44,779 nucleotides of DNA from Stramenopiles sp. TOSAG23-6 (Eukaryota). This document shows positions 23,249-34,348 of this stretch, piece after piece. The stretch's first letter is position 1; each line of letters opens with the position of its first letter. The notes beneath the pieces are model-generated. The model was not told the origin of the DNA, did not search any database, and saw only the letters and a program-made list of their open reading frames with translations. A program made the position numbers and the translations under genes. The stretch covers positions 1-44,779 of the forward strand of contig LT635928.1 in assembly GCA_900128565.1 (NCBI GenBank), written 5' to 3'.

Positions 23249-24456
23249 TTATAAAAGATCGTCGATTTCATTTTCAATATTGTGTTTACTTGTTTCGGAT
23301 TTATTTGTTTCGGATTTATTTGTTTCGGGTTTCGGTTGTGGCAATTTAACTGTTGTTTTTGGTTTTAGACGGGCTTTTTTCTTTCGTCGACGAACTCTCA
23401 CAAAAGTGGGGTTAGGGTTTGGAAGCGATAATATTTTTGCTGTTTGTTTTTTAGATATTTCATTATGCATTACTTTACTTGATGGATTTCTAAAGTTTTG
23501 AGATATTTCATTATGCACAACTGTGCTTGATGGATTTCTAAAGTTATCATTCAGATTATCAAAACTGGAAGGCTGTTCGTTCCAATTAACATCATACTCT
23601 TTAATCAAATTATTTCGTGTAGAAATTTCATCATTTGATTCACTGTCAGACTCAGTTTCTTCAATAGTTTTGTCATCACTTTCACCATGTATAGTGAAAA
23701 AATATATCAAATTAAAAATTCATTAGTTAGGTACGCGTAATTTGCTATGAAAAAATAAATTTGAAATTAATGATGAAAACGTACACGATAGTCACTACCA
23801 AGTTGTGCATGTAAATTTTCAATATGTTTTCTTTTCGAATTAAGTAATGCAGTAAATTGTTTAATTAGTTGAATTTCCATTTGTTTTTTTACAGTAGCGG
23901 CTTCAATAGTGGCAGTGTTAGATGCTTTCAAAAGACCTTTCAACTCTTCATTCTGCTTCTTCAAAGAAGAAATTGTACAAATCGACTGAGAGTATTGCTC
24001 TGATACGTCTACAAGTAATTGAGTCATAGCTTCTGATTTTTTCGATTGATGCATATCGATAGAGAGAAGTTTCAGTTTAAGTAAAGATCCTGGTCTCTGT
24101 ACTTTAACAACAAAAGTTCCCGTCTGGCAATTAATAGCATAAGAAAAGCGTGACCGTTCCACTTCTGTACCAAGAAACGCAGTAAACATTGCAGCACAGT
24201 AATCTTCATTAAATTCAACATCATTTGGTTTTAAACCGCTAAATATTTCAAAAGATTGTACCTGATATATTTTCAGACCACGACAAACTTGAATGTCGAG
24301 TTTTACACTGTTTCCAGTGACTCGACCCTTTACAAGAACAAAATAAGAAAATCCTTTGACATTAAAATGGAACATGTTCACTTTTAGAGTACCTTTGTTC
24401 TCATTGACGACATTCCCTGGTGATTCAGTTAACATGGAATCGATACATTCTGACAT
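23249..24456 (-). CDS. XRCC4: XRCC4-like NHEJ protein; exons 24456-23785, 23686-23249 (369 aa)
   Basis: Beta-rich head, then coiled coil with KKQMEIQLIKQFTALLNSKRKHIENL resembling the XRCC4 ligase IV-binding segment; low-complexity tail. Confidence 0.7.
23687..23784 (-). other. Non-canonical GT-AT family intron (98 nt)
   Basis: CGT|GTACGTTTT...GTACCTAAC...TTCACTATACAT|GGT; phase 0 joins the ORFs. Confidence 0.8.
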
Positions 24457-24588
24457 TGCCGAATGTCTCCGTCAAAACGAAGCAATATATCAATGCAAGT
24501 GGTTGAAGTAATTCGGATATATACTCTGTAAAATTCTATTATCTTTTACAGTTCGTTGTGTTGACGTTTGACGTGACTAGAGTATTAC

Positions 24589-24602
24589 TAGGGTTAGGGT
24601 TT
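24589..24602. promoter_or_regulatory. Telo-box-like TAGGGTTAGGGTTT in a divergent promoter
   Basis: Similar doublets at 38656-38669 and 39928-39941, both upstream of genes. Confidence 0.4.
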
Positions 24603-24773
24603 TTAAACCGTACGTTATTTAGCTAGTTAACGGCTCCTCTCATTTCAGTGATTTCACACGTTCTACAATCAAATAGCAAAACAATATTAAATCTCGAAAT
24701 CATTGTTTGGATTGAGATGGTGGTAGATAGCACTCATCAGTAGATCAACACACGGTAATTTTGTGTGTTTAAG

Positions 24774-26087
24774 ATGTCGCTAAACTCAATGTTTGCACAG
24801 CAAAAGATAGAATCTGAAACACAAATGAACCATGGATATCCTTCGCTTCACAGTGATGAGTTTCAATTATCCAGGATATTATTGAAAGATTTACACAATA
24901 GGGACGATATAATTTCGTCTAGGGATAAAACGTTTCTAAATAGACATATAAATGTTTCACTTGATAAAGCAAAAGTGGAGACATTTTCAGGACTCTATCG
25001 AGGACAACGGCATATTTCTCTAGAGAAAGATAAACTACACAACGCGCCAAGAAGAATACGTACTACTGGAAATCAAAATAAAGGAAAACAAACAAATAAC
25101 TGCTCAGTTACCAATGTCGCTAGAACTAGTTCTCTTGTTCTCTCTCTAGTTTGTGATAATACTGTTCTTCACGTACATTTCATGATTCATTTCAATTTCT
25201 ATTTTAGTATTACCAAATTCTGCACCCAACAAATTTTAAATTTGACATATTTTTTCACAAAACATAGTACTGATTCTATATCCACTGACACTGACGGTGA
25301 CACAGACAATAGTCAATTCATTGATGAAATGAACAATGAAACTTTACACAAAACACAAGCAAAATGTATAAAATCTAAGGTACAACTTTCGAATGTCAGC
25401 GAAAATATTTCCAATGATGTAAAAACAACAGTAAATATGGCACTACAAATGCCTGTTATTCTTAGGGAAATTCACACTGTACTTAAACTTTTACATCAAG
25501 CAAATTTGAAATTTCATCAAGGTATATTAGCTTGTATTCAAGAGAGTTCATTAACTAAATGTCAGAGAAGTTACACAACTTCTACTTACTTTCATTACTG
25601 TGAATTTAATCAATTTGTTGAAGGATTTGAAAATTTAGTTTCTCTTGCACAACTGGAAACTAAGAACCCTAACCCTAATCAATTACCAAAAATGATGTTG
25701 AGAAAATTATCAAACATTATTTTGACTGTCTTTCGTGTGCAGGTATCCAATAGCTCATTCCTTAAATTTGTTGATACTTTAATGGTTTCAGCTTGTTTTA
25801 CAATCATGTCGCTCTGTTACTCCATTAGTAAAAATATGGATATTGATGACGCTAAATATGCCACTATAGTATTCGAATATTTAGATATGGGTAATTTAGG
25901 AATGGTAACGTCATTACAATTGAAGTATTTGTATGATGGTTTAATAGGAATCAGTAAAAGTATTAGTACAAATATTAGTACGAGTGAGTTTATGTTCCCA
26001 CAAAATAATATGAATAGAGTAGAATTTATAATATGGTTTAAAAATTCAATGAAGCGAGGGGTGTTTGCTGATATTTTACAATTATAG
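24774..26087 (+). CDS. Uncharacterised protein with C-terminal EF-hand-like region; probable in-frame intron 25173-25265
   Basis: ORF; VFEYLDMGNLGMVT and MNRVEFIIWF are EF-like. Confidence 0.6.
   Translation: MSLNSMFAQQKIESETQMNHGYPSLHSDEFQLSRILLKDLHNRDDIISSRDKTFLNRHINVSLDKAKVETFSGLYRGQRHISLEKDKLHNAPRRIRTTGNQNKGKQTNNCSVTNVARTSSLVLSLVCDNTVLHVHFMIHFNFYFSITKFCTQQILNLTYFFTKHSTDSISTDTDGDTDNSQFIDEMNNETLHKTQAKCIKSKVQLSNVSENISNDVKTTVNMALQMPVILREIHTVLKLLHQANLKFHQGILACIQESSLTKCQRSYTTSTYFHYCEFNQFVEGFENLVSLAQLETKNPNPNQLPKMMLRKLSNIILTVFRVQVSNSSFLKFVDTLMVSACFTIMSLCYSISKNMDIDDAKYATIVFEYLDMGNLGMVTSLQLKYLYDGLIGISKSISTNISTSEFMFPQNNMNRVEFIIWFKNSMKRGVFADILQL
25173..25265 (+). other. Degenerate GT-AT family intron, stop-free and 3n (93 nt)
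   Basis: GTACATTTCATG...TACCAAATTCTGCACCCAAC...TTTTTCACAAAACAT inside an open ORF. Confidence 0.65.
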
Positions 26088-26129
26088 TTATAGTTATAAT
26101 AAAGTTTATAGTTTTGGTACTCATTAAAA

Positions 26130-28019
26130 TCAGAAAAAGTCTCGTACGAGAAATCCATTTGATATTTTTCTTGTACTTCGGTCCAAGTCTTGCATAATAC
26201 TACCATGTGACATAGGATTTGAACTAGTAAAATCATTTGTTTGTTCAGTGATATTTACAGCATTGTTGTCATCATCTGAATTTTTCTGATCAGAATCAAA
26301 AATTTTGTCATCTGAATTTTTCTGATCAGAATCAAGAATTGCTCTCAAATAATTTATTTCTGATTTTGCCAAATGAAGTTGTTCTCGCAATTCATTAATT
26401 TCTATGAATAAGCTCGTCATATCCTTATTTTGTATATTATTTGTATCATTTTGTTTATCTACAATTTTCATACTATTTGTATCATTTTGTTTATCTACAA
26501 TTTTCGTATTATTTGTATCATTTTGTTTATCTACAATTTTCGTATTATTCGTGTCCATACTTTTTTCAATTTTTGTTATATTTTCTCTATTATCTGTACT
26601 ATTTTTCAGTTGATCATGCATATTTTTTAAGAGTTCCTCTTTAATCGAAGAGTCACTAATATGTTTTGTAACAATATCCAACTGTTGATCAGTGGCACAA
26701 TTATTTCTTTGTAAGTTACGGAAAAGAGTCAAACCCTTTCTAAATGATTTTTGCATGTCTCTCTCCTTATGTCGATTTTGTTTTCGTTCTGAGAAACAAC
26801 TCTTCAATATATTTAACCGCCAAACATCTGGTTCTATAATATCATTTATCCGTGTAGTAAAAGAATTTGGTTTCAATCCAGCAGCAGGTATACCTATATC
26901 ATACAAATGAGCAGCATCGTCAATAAAACCATGTAACAACATAAATTTTATTATTCGATTGAACCATGTTATATCAACTTTCACTCCAGAGGACTGTAAT
27001 AAAGAAAGTATTTTTTCCGACTCCTCCGGTGATTCCAGTCTACTAAGCATAAGCTCAATATGACTTCTATTCACTAAACTTTTATCACACATTATAGTAA
27101 ATAATTTCAGAGATTTAATCTTACCCTCAACAGTACCATCATTTAATTCTGAAAGGTCTCTCGATAAATTTCGACCTAAAATATGTTTTTTATATCCTAT
27201 AGTATCTCTTTTTGTACCTACACGTGTCAGTTTCTTTCTTTGTTTTATTTCTTTTGTTTCTTTACCCTCTGTAGGATGGATTAATAAAGTAGATGTTTTT
27301 TCTTTTGTTTCTTTACCCTCAGTAGGATGGATTAATAAAGTAGATGCTTTTTCAACATTTTTGTCTAATCTAGGAGGAGTAAAACCTGCAGATCTCATAT
27401 GTCGTCTTGCAGCCCATGCATCTTGTTGTCTACCCGCTTTAATTAATTGGTTTATAAGTATCGAGTAACTCATTTCATTTGTCAAATTCATATGTTGCAT
27501 TAGTTTTACCATTTCAACTGTTTGGTCGGAATTTGCAGTAGCAGAAAGGACAAGATTGCATAATTTAGACGTAGCCTTTCCAGCTACAATTAAATCTGCT
27601 GTAATATCACGAGCCCTGAAAAACCCAGACTCGCCATTCCTCAGCTCCCTTTGAACAAGAGAAAATGTCCTTGCTTCTTCGGCAGACTCGAAGTCTTCAA
27701 CTATTGGTACATGAGAAGCAATATGAGTTGTAGTTGAAAATATTCGTTGAAAACCGGAAGAATAAGGATAGCATAAGGGTTGCCGTTTAATTTCATTTAC
27801 ATAACTATTGATACTATATGGGGCTATATACTGCATCCTGTAATTCATTCGTCTAGTTGTGTGTACATGACGAATAAGTAACTTTGGAAAAATAGGGAAC
27901 ACAAGAAGTTTCTTGGAAAAACGTCCAATGTCACGTACTTTCCTACATAGAAAGCAAGTTTGCCTGTAATTTAGCACCCGCGTCGATCCGATGAAACTAT
28001 TTACTAAACTATGATGCAT
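26130..28019 (-). CDS. PPR-like helical-repeat protein, probably organelle-targeted
   Basis: SYSILINQLIKAGRQQDA, VDITWFNRIIK, GLKPNSFT; Arg-rich N-terminus; internal 36-bp and 51-bp tandem repeats. Confidence 0.6.
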   Translation of the reverse strand: MHHSLVNSFIGSTRVLNYRQTCFLCRKVRDIGRFSKKLLVFPIFPKLLIRHVHTTRRMNYRMQYIAPYSINSYVNEIKRQPLCYPYSSGFQRIFSTTTHIASHVPIVEDFESAEEARTFSLVQRELRNGESGFFRARDITADLIVAGKATSKLCNLVLSATANSDQTVEMVKLMQHMNLTNEMSYSILINQLIKAGRQQDAWAARRHMRSAGFTPPRLDKNVEKASTLLIHPTEGKETKEKTSTLLIHPTEGKETKEIKQRKKLTRVGTKRDTIGYKKHILGRNLSRDLSELNDGTVEGKIKSLKLFTIMCDKSLVNRSHIELMLSRLESPEESEKILSLLQSSGVKVDITWFNRIIKFMLLHGFIDDAAHLYDIGIPAAGLKPNSFTTRINDIIEPDVWRLNILKSCFSERKQNRHKERDMQKSFRKGLTLFRNLQRNNCATDQQLDIVTKHISDSSIKEELLKNMHDQLKNSTDNRENITKIEKSMDTNNTKIVDKQNDTNNTKIVDKQNDTNSMKIVDKQNDTNNIQNKDMTSLFIEINELREQLHLAKSEINYLRAILDSDQKNSDDKIFDSDQKNSDDDNNAVNITEQTNDFTSSNPMSHGSIMQDLDRSTRKISNGFLVRDFF

Positions 28020-28475
28020 TATTTAACAGGTAAAACTAAATTTGGTTATATGCAAAATGTCGGCTTCTGAAACGCCCAGTACAAATTTTGCGCAGATTCC
28101 TAACGAGACTAACCTCAAACTGTTCGACGTCAGTTTATACACTTGAAACAGTATATGTCAATTACTTTTAATCCAGTATGTCAACTTATATTTTAATATC
28201 TTAATGAATTGGACTTTTGCTGAAACAAACAACCAAACAGACTCAGAGATATTATACTAGAAAAATACTATGAATGGGATACGTATATTCCTTTTGACCA
28301 GCTGGCCTTGCAAAATTTGGCCGCGGCACGTGTGTTTTTTGGCATCCTCCTCTCATAAGCTCACTTATTTCCAAGCTGTCGCTTTAGTAATTCTATAGTT
28401 ACTTAGTTAGTTGAGAGTAAATCACTAAATTATATCCTAATAGACAATTACCTTAAATCACTTTAAGATTTGAAA

Positions 28476-29072
28476 ATGCCATCCAATAAATGGACGAACT
28501 TCGTTGTTGTCGGTGCTGTTACTGGTGCTGTAGTTGCAGGTGCTGCGTATGTATATCAAAATTTCGCCAACCCAAAGTCAACTAAGGGAAGTAACAAATC
28601 TGAGAAGACGTATATAATGATTAAGCCAGATGGTGTCCAGAGAGGACTTGTTGGCGAGATTGTTACTCGTTTTGAAGAAAAGGGTTTCAAACTTGTTGCT
28701 TTTAAGATGATGAAAGCTTCGCGCCAACTCCTTGAAAAGCATTACTCTGACCTGAAAGGAAAAAAATTCTTTTCAGGTTTGATAACGTATATGCTTTCAG
28801 GACCTGTCGTCTGCATGGTGTGGGAAGGTACCGGTGCAGTAAAGACAGGACGTGTTATGCTAGGCGCAACTGACCCTGCAAAATCAGTACAGGGTTCTAT
28901 CCGAGGAGACTTGTGTATTTCTGTTGGTAAAAATATATGTCACGGGTCTGATTCTGTTAATAGTGCAAAGTCTGAAATTGCTCTTTGGTTTCCAGAAGGT
29001 AAAAACACAGATCCGAAGGTATGTGACTGGGTCAGTCATCATGACCCGTGGATTTATGAAGCTGGGCGATAA
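28476..29072 (+). CDS. NDK: Nucleoside diphosphate kinase with N-terminal hydrophobic extension
   Basis: [42 protein letters not shown]. Confidence 0.96.
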   Translation: MPSNKWTNFVVVGAVTGAVVAGAAYVYQNFANPKSTKGSNKSEKTYIMIKPDGVQRGLVGEIVTRFEEKGFKLVAFKMMKASRQLLEKHYSDLKGKKFFSGLITYMLSGPVVCMVWEGTGAVKTGRVMLGATDPAKSVQGSIRGDLCISVGKNICHGSDSVNSAKSEIALWFPEGKNTDPKVCDWVSHHDPWIYEAGR

Positions 29073-29226
29073 ATGTAGCGATAGATTGTGGTATAATTTG
29101 GCGATAGATTGTGGTATAATTTGTAGATAAATGTGAGATCAATTTTGAATTATGCTTTTAATGAAGAAATGAAGTCTTTGTGTTGTATTTACTAAATAAA
29201 TTTGAACTGTTTGAACAATATAAAAT

Positions 29227-30474
29227 TTACTCAACTGACTTTGGTATAAAGACTTGTGCCTGAGCATTGAACTTAGTTACATTATTTAAAGGACAATTTG
29301 TACCAAAGTACTCATGCTGGTTTTCTCCATATGTAGGGTTAGGGTTTTCTCCATATGTAGGGTTAGGGTTTTCTCCATATGTAGGGTTAGGGTTATTATT
29401 CATATGTTCAATTGTGTGGTACATTTCATTGTCACTGTTTGTCCATAATGTAGTTGAATAAACATCATTATCTTCAGGATAAATTCCAGTCACTATAGGT
29501 AAAAAATGAAGTTTTGCCAAATCTGTTAAACCAATGTAAGACAAACTAGATAACCGACGAGGGTTAGGGTTACGACGTGAATTCGACCGACGAGTTGAAA
29601 AGTTAGAGTTTCTATGACGACGACGTAAATTATTTTTCGTATTATTTTTTTTCGTATTAGTAAAATCCCGTGTTTTTATGTTTGAATCATAATTTGAATC
29701 ATAATTTGAATCATAATTTGAATCATAATTTGAATCATAATTCATAGTGAATATATCGACGTTGCTTCTAATAAAACATTCAATTACAAAATTTAAAATT
29801 CCAGTTGTATTATAATCAGATCTAGGTAAATTAGGTGCCAACGCTTGAAGACAAATATCTTTGCCATATCCCCCAAGACAGCCACATATAGCTGTTAATT
29901 GAGTCATTCGACCAAAAGTAGAGTTTTTCGACGTGTCATACGGAGGACCAAGAGATCTTTTCAGAATGAATATAGCAACGTGTTCTACAATACATCTTTC
30001 TGTTAGTTTGAAATTTCCAGGAATATACCATTCGGGAAGCTCCTGTACGTTTTGAGAATTGACTCTGTTATCACTCCTATCACTCTGAAATGAAGCCATT
30101 GACACATCTGATATTGATGTAGTAGAGCCATCTACACTTTCACCATCAGATACAATTTCGTGCTCTACATTAGGACGATTCGGACTGCTAGGTTTGCTAA
30201 ATTCACTTGAAGAAGAAGAACTGTAAACAGCACTTGACGAACTTACATCGGTACAATCCGGTTCATGAAATAACTTATGACTTAAAGGAGACTGTGATTG
30301 TGTAAAGAAACTGTCTGCTGCATGTTGATTGGTCTGAAATCCAGAGTAAGTATTCCAATGATAGAAATAATCGAGGTGGGTTGAAGATATTTGATCCCAT
30401 TGTTGTTGTAGAGGCATATTATTCACACTTCTCGAACGACGTGAATGTGTCTCCTTTCTGAGGTTACGACGCAT
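29227..30474 (-). CDS. Low-complexity protein with C-terminal PAM2-like motif
   Basis: 415-aa ORF; ends TKFNAQAQVFIPKS; NYDS x5 (29681-29742) and NPNPTYGE x3 repeats. Confidence 0.55.
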   Translation of the reverse strand: MRRNLRKETHSRRSRSVNNMPLQQQWDQISSTHLDYFYHWNTYSGFQTNQHAADSFFTQSQSPLSHKLFHEPDCTDVSSSSAVYSSSSSSEFSKPSSPNRPNVEHEIVSDGESVDGSTTSISDVSMASFQSDRSDNRVNSQNVQELPEWYIPGNFKLTERCIVEHVAIFILKRSLGPPYDTSKNSTFGRMTQLTAICGCLGGYGKDICLQALAPNLPRSDYNTTGILNFVIECFIRSNVDIFTMNYDSNYDSNYDSNYDSNYDSNIKTRDFTNTKKNNTKNNLRRRHRNSNFSTRRSNSRRNPNPRRLSSLSYIGLTDLAKLHFLPIVTGIYPEDNDVYSTTLWTNSDNEMYHTIEHMNNNPNPTYGENPNPTYGENPNPTYGENQHEYFGTNCPLNNVTKFNAQAQVFIPKSVE

Positions 30475-30755
30475 CAGTGGGATATCAATAGAGCTATTTT
30501 GAACTGTGTATCCGCACGAGCCACACGAGATACTTTTTTGTACGTGAGAGATAGCTGAGTTCCGCTTTTATTGTTTCTAAAAAATAGTTGACGTAAAAAA
30601 CGATTGACCAATTTAGTGAAGGTAGAGTGTTGTGAGTGACACCAATAAAAATTGCAGGGAGAAATCGAATGGCGCATATATATCAGGTATTATTATTACA
30701 ATTATAAAATGAGCAGGTTTGTACAACAATGAAATTTTTTTTTATTTTTTGTTTT

Positions 30756-33700
30756 TTACCTTCCACTTGCATTCCTCTCTAACGATAATCTAAGGACATC
30801 AATCTGTCCACTCAACCCCTCAATTTCTTCTTGTAAATGTTTATTTTCACCATGTGCACGATCTAATTCTTCTTCTTTAGCTCCCATTATTTCAAGTAGT
30901 ACAGAATGTTTCATTTTTATATCCTTTGTAAATCCTAATAATTTTTTCTCATTTTCACGAGATTTTTCAAGTTCAGTTTTACATTTTTCTTCTTTATCTG
31001 TAGCAGCTACTAAACTATTTATCAATTCTCTATGATTATTTTCTAATTGGAAAATCTTTCGTTGGAGGGTCCGTATTTCATTAGATTTTATACCAAGTAA
31101 TCTTCTTGCCTTTAACAACTCTAAAGCATCTGATGTATTTTTAGTATTTTTTGGGATTTCATTTGTATTACTATTCATATCATCAGTCAAATCTTCAGTA
31201 TCATTTGTCATTGTACCATTTTCAACACTTTTAGAAATTTCATTATTTTCGAGAGAATTATCTTGTGGAATGTTATTTGGTGTAGCATTTGTAGCAAAAC
31301 TGACTTTAAATTTTGTCTGACATTGCAAAAGTTCAAATTCCAAATTATTAATTCGACTTTTTGCTGAAAGTAGGTTTTTTTTTAATGTAGTTATTGACGT
31401 AGCATGATCCTGTATAGATTTCGTTCGCTCAGCACGAATACTGTCTAAAAGTTCCGACAAACCAGCAGCTTGTTGTTTTTCTTTTATTCTCATTTCTTCA
31501 AGTGATTTAACTTCAACTATTTTCTTTTCCAATTTTGTAGAGATTTTCTCCATCGTTTGAATCGCATTTTCTTTTTCTAAAACAGCTGACTCTAAACGTT
31601 TTTCAGCATCATTTCTTTTCATTCGATCTTGATGAGCCATACTTTCAGCAACACTGACTTTACCTTGTAAAATATTTTCCATATTTGCTGACACTGCAGC
31701 AGCAGCATCACTTTCAGCGCGGAGTGTCTGTAATTGAATGACTAATGGTCGCGTAGCATCTGCGTTTGAAGAAATCACTTCTTGGTGACGTAATTCTACA
31801 GTTCGTAGTTTATTTCGTAGTTCTTTGATCTCATTCCGAAAACTTTCACTTCTTTGATGGTTTTCTTTTCTAGATGTTTCAATTTGTTGCTGTAACATAC
31901 TTATTTCTGCTAATAAGGAATCAATTCTATCAATTGATGATTTTGTGTATTTGCTTTTTTCATTTGCCTGCTCTTCCTCATGAGCTTTTAATTTTGTCTG
32001 CGCTACTTCAGAAATCTTCTTAGCATCAGATAAACTTAACGCTGCATCTTCAATGAGTTTTTGAGTCGACTCTTTTGTCTCTTTTAACTCTCGCTTCAAA
32101 GATAAAACTAAAGTTTCTGCTGTTTCCCAATTTTTTTTTAAATCCACAGCATTTGATTTCTGGTTGTCATGTGCTTCATTTAATTCGAGAAATTCTTTTT
32201 CTTTTATTGAAAGTTTGTTTTGTACAGATAATGCTCTCTGACGGTGTTTCAAACTTTCTTCACGTAATAAAGATAATATATTGTGAAAAAATATTTTTTT
32301 TTTACTACGTAATCGTTAGGTACAAAATTTCGTATGAAAAAAAAACAAATTTTGAAATTCAATATAAAAACGTACATTCTTTCTTTGTTTCAGCCAAAGA
32401 ATTTATCGTTTCATTCATACTCGCTTCTGCATTAGCTGCGCGAGAATGTAATTCTCCAAATTCTCGTTGCCTTTTTGCTAACTGGCGCTCACGTACAACT
32501 ACTTTTTGTTCAAGCAAAGAAGTTTTTTTATCCGCTTCTAGAACGGATTTATTGAATAAATTAACTTTTTTGGTCAATTTTTCTACTTCTTGTATTTTAC
32601 TTCTCAGTAAATCTTTGGAATTTTTTAATTCTAACCGAATCTCTGCAATTTCATCTATTGTATCACTCATCAATATTCCATCCACTGAAATTTTATTATC
32701 ATCATTTTTTAATTTAGTTTCTTGTATTTGTGTTTTTTGTATACAAATATCCTTATTATTATTGCTATCATTATTATTTTCTTCTTCGTTGTCGATTGTA
32801 AGAGTTTTATCATCAGACGTTCTATTGACAATAACACCATTGCTATTCTTATCCATTTTATTATCATCATCAGGTATTGTTGTAGTACCACCAGTGCTTG
32901 TAGAAGCAACAACAGCAACTTTATCAGAAATAGATGCATTACTATTTGTACTGCCACTACTACTGACACCTTCAACAAAAACAACTTTATGTTTTTCAGT
33001 TAACTCAAATATTTCATTTCGGAGTTTTTCCGTTGTTTTCTTTTCTTCAGATAAATCAATTTCAAACTGTTGGGCAGAAATAAGTTTAGACTTCTGCGTT
33101 TCGAATGCAACTTTAAATTTATGCGCGATTGCTTTAAGCCTTTCCATTCTAGATTTCATTTCATCTTTTTCTTTCGTTGACTGTACATGCTGTTTCTCCA
33201 GAGAAGAAGTTTTTTCCTTTTCTGACTCAAGTTCATCGGTCAACTTAGAATTTACACCAACCATTGTTTGAAGTTGCTCTTCACGCTTCTTTAATGCAAA
33301 TTTCAATTGTTTGATTTCATTCGACTGTATCTTTAGACGGGATTCTAAGTCATCAACAGGAACAACTATTGTTGATTTAGCAGAGTCATCAATAGGAACA
33401 ACTGTTGTTGAATCAGCAGAGTCATCAATAGGAACAACTGTAGTTGATTCAGCAGAGTCATCAATAGGAACAACTGTAGTTGATTCAGCAGAGTCGTCTC
33501 TGTGTTCTGTGGGTCCCGTTGACAAGCTTGAGGATAAATCACCATCTTTCGTATTATCAATTATTAGGTCTTGTTTTGATTGTATAGGCTTTTCTTCAGG
33601 TAAACTATCCTTTTTGAGGCTATTTTCAGGTGTGGTAGAGTCTTGGACAAGTGAAGAAACTGATACCCCAGGAAGATCTTTGGTGGCGGAGTCAACTGGT

Positions 33701-33858
33701 AATTCCTTACCAGTTCCATTTTCTATATTTCTTTTACCTGATACACCATTCGCTATAGCTTCTATCTTGTTAACACCAACAGCATTATCAAAGTGAGCCT
33801 CCATGTTCTTATGCATCTGGGCTGCACTATCCAATACAGCAGAAAAGCTATCCCACAT
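30756..33858 (-). CDS. TMF1/Sgm1-like golgin coiled-coil protein; exons 33858-32376, 32275-30756 (1000 aa)
   Basis: Long coiled coil; ADATRPLVIQLQTL and C-terminal KHSVLLEIMGAKEEEL resemble TMF-family motifs. Confidence 0.7.
32276..32375 (-). other. Non-canonical GT-AT family intron (100 nt)
   Basis: GAAT|GTACGTTTTT...TACGAAATTTTGTACCTAAC...TTCACAATATAT|TA; phase 1 gives KKELSLLREESLK. Confidence 0.8.
33348..33497 (-). repeat. 36-bp coding tandem repeat x4 (DDSAESTTVVPI)
   Basis: Directly visible in DNA and protein. Confidence 0.9.
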
Positions 33859-34092
33859 TGTTCAAACTTTGAATATCAAAATCAAAAAGAAGTAACTGAC
33901 CTACGCTCGTTTATACAATACTCTAATTAACGTTATACAAATAGGAGCAAAGATGTTGAAGCATATAATCCAATGATTAACTTGTTACAGACTTGTTGGG
34001 TAGTTTTCTTTCAATGTCATTCCCCAGCGTAAAATAGTCTTGGTGAGTCCTTGGGTGTATGAATTTATGTGGCCGCCAAAGAGATCTGATTC

Positions 34093-34108
34093 AGAGAGAG
34101 AGAGAGAG
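34093..34108. repeat. (AG)8 microsatellite in a divergent intergenic region
   Basis: AGAGAGAGAGAGAGAG. Confidence 0.85.
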
Positions 34109-34348
34109 GAGGAACTGAACATTGGGAACAGGTTTGTGTTTGCCGAAGAAAATTTGAAATTCTTTCGTTTCAGGCAAATATATATAGGAATTCATATGTC
34201 TGTCACGTGATTGTTCGTAAATATAACTGTTACAACAACAGAGAACTAAATACTGCATAGATCTGTAAATGGCATCCAAAAGTCTCCTTCATCTAGTTTC
34301 CGTCAATTTTTAAATCTGCAATTACTGTATTATTGACTTGCAAAAATT

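Noticed and set aside
32075-33271. 398-aa + strand ORF
   Set aside because: Antisense shadow of the coiled-coil gene; no recognisable motifs
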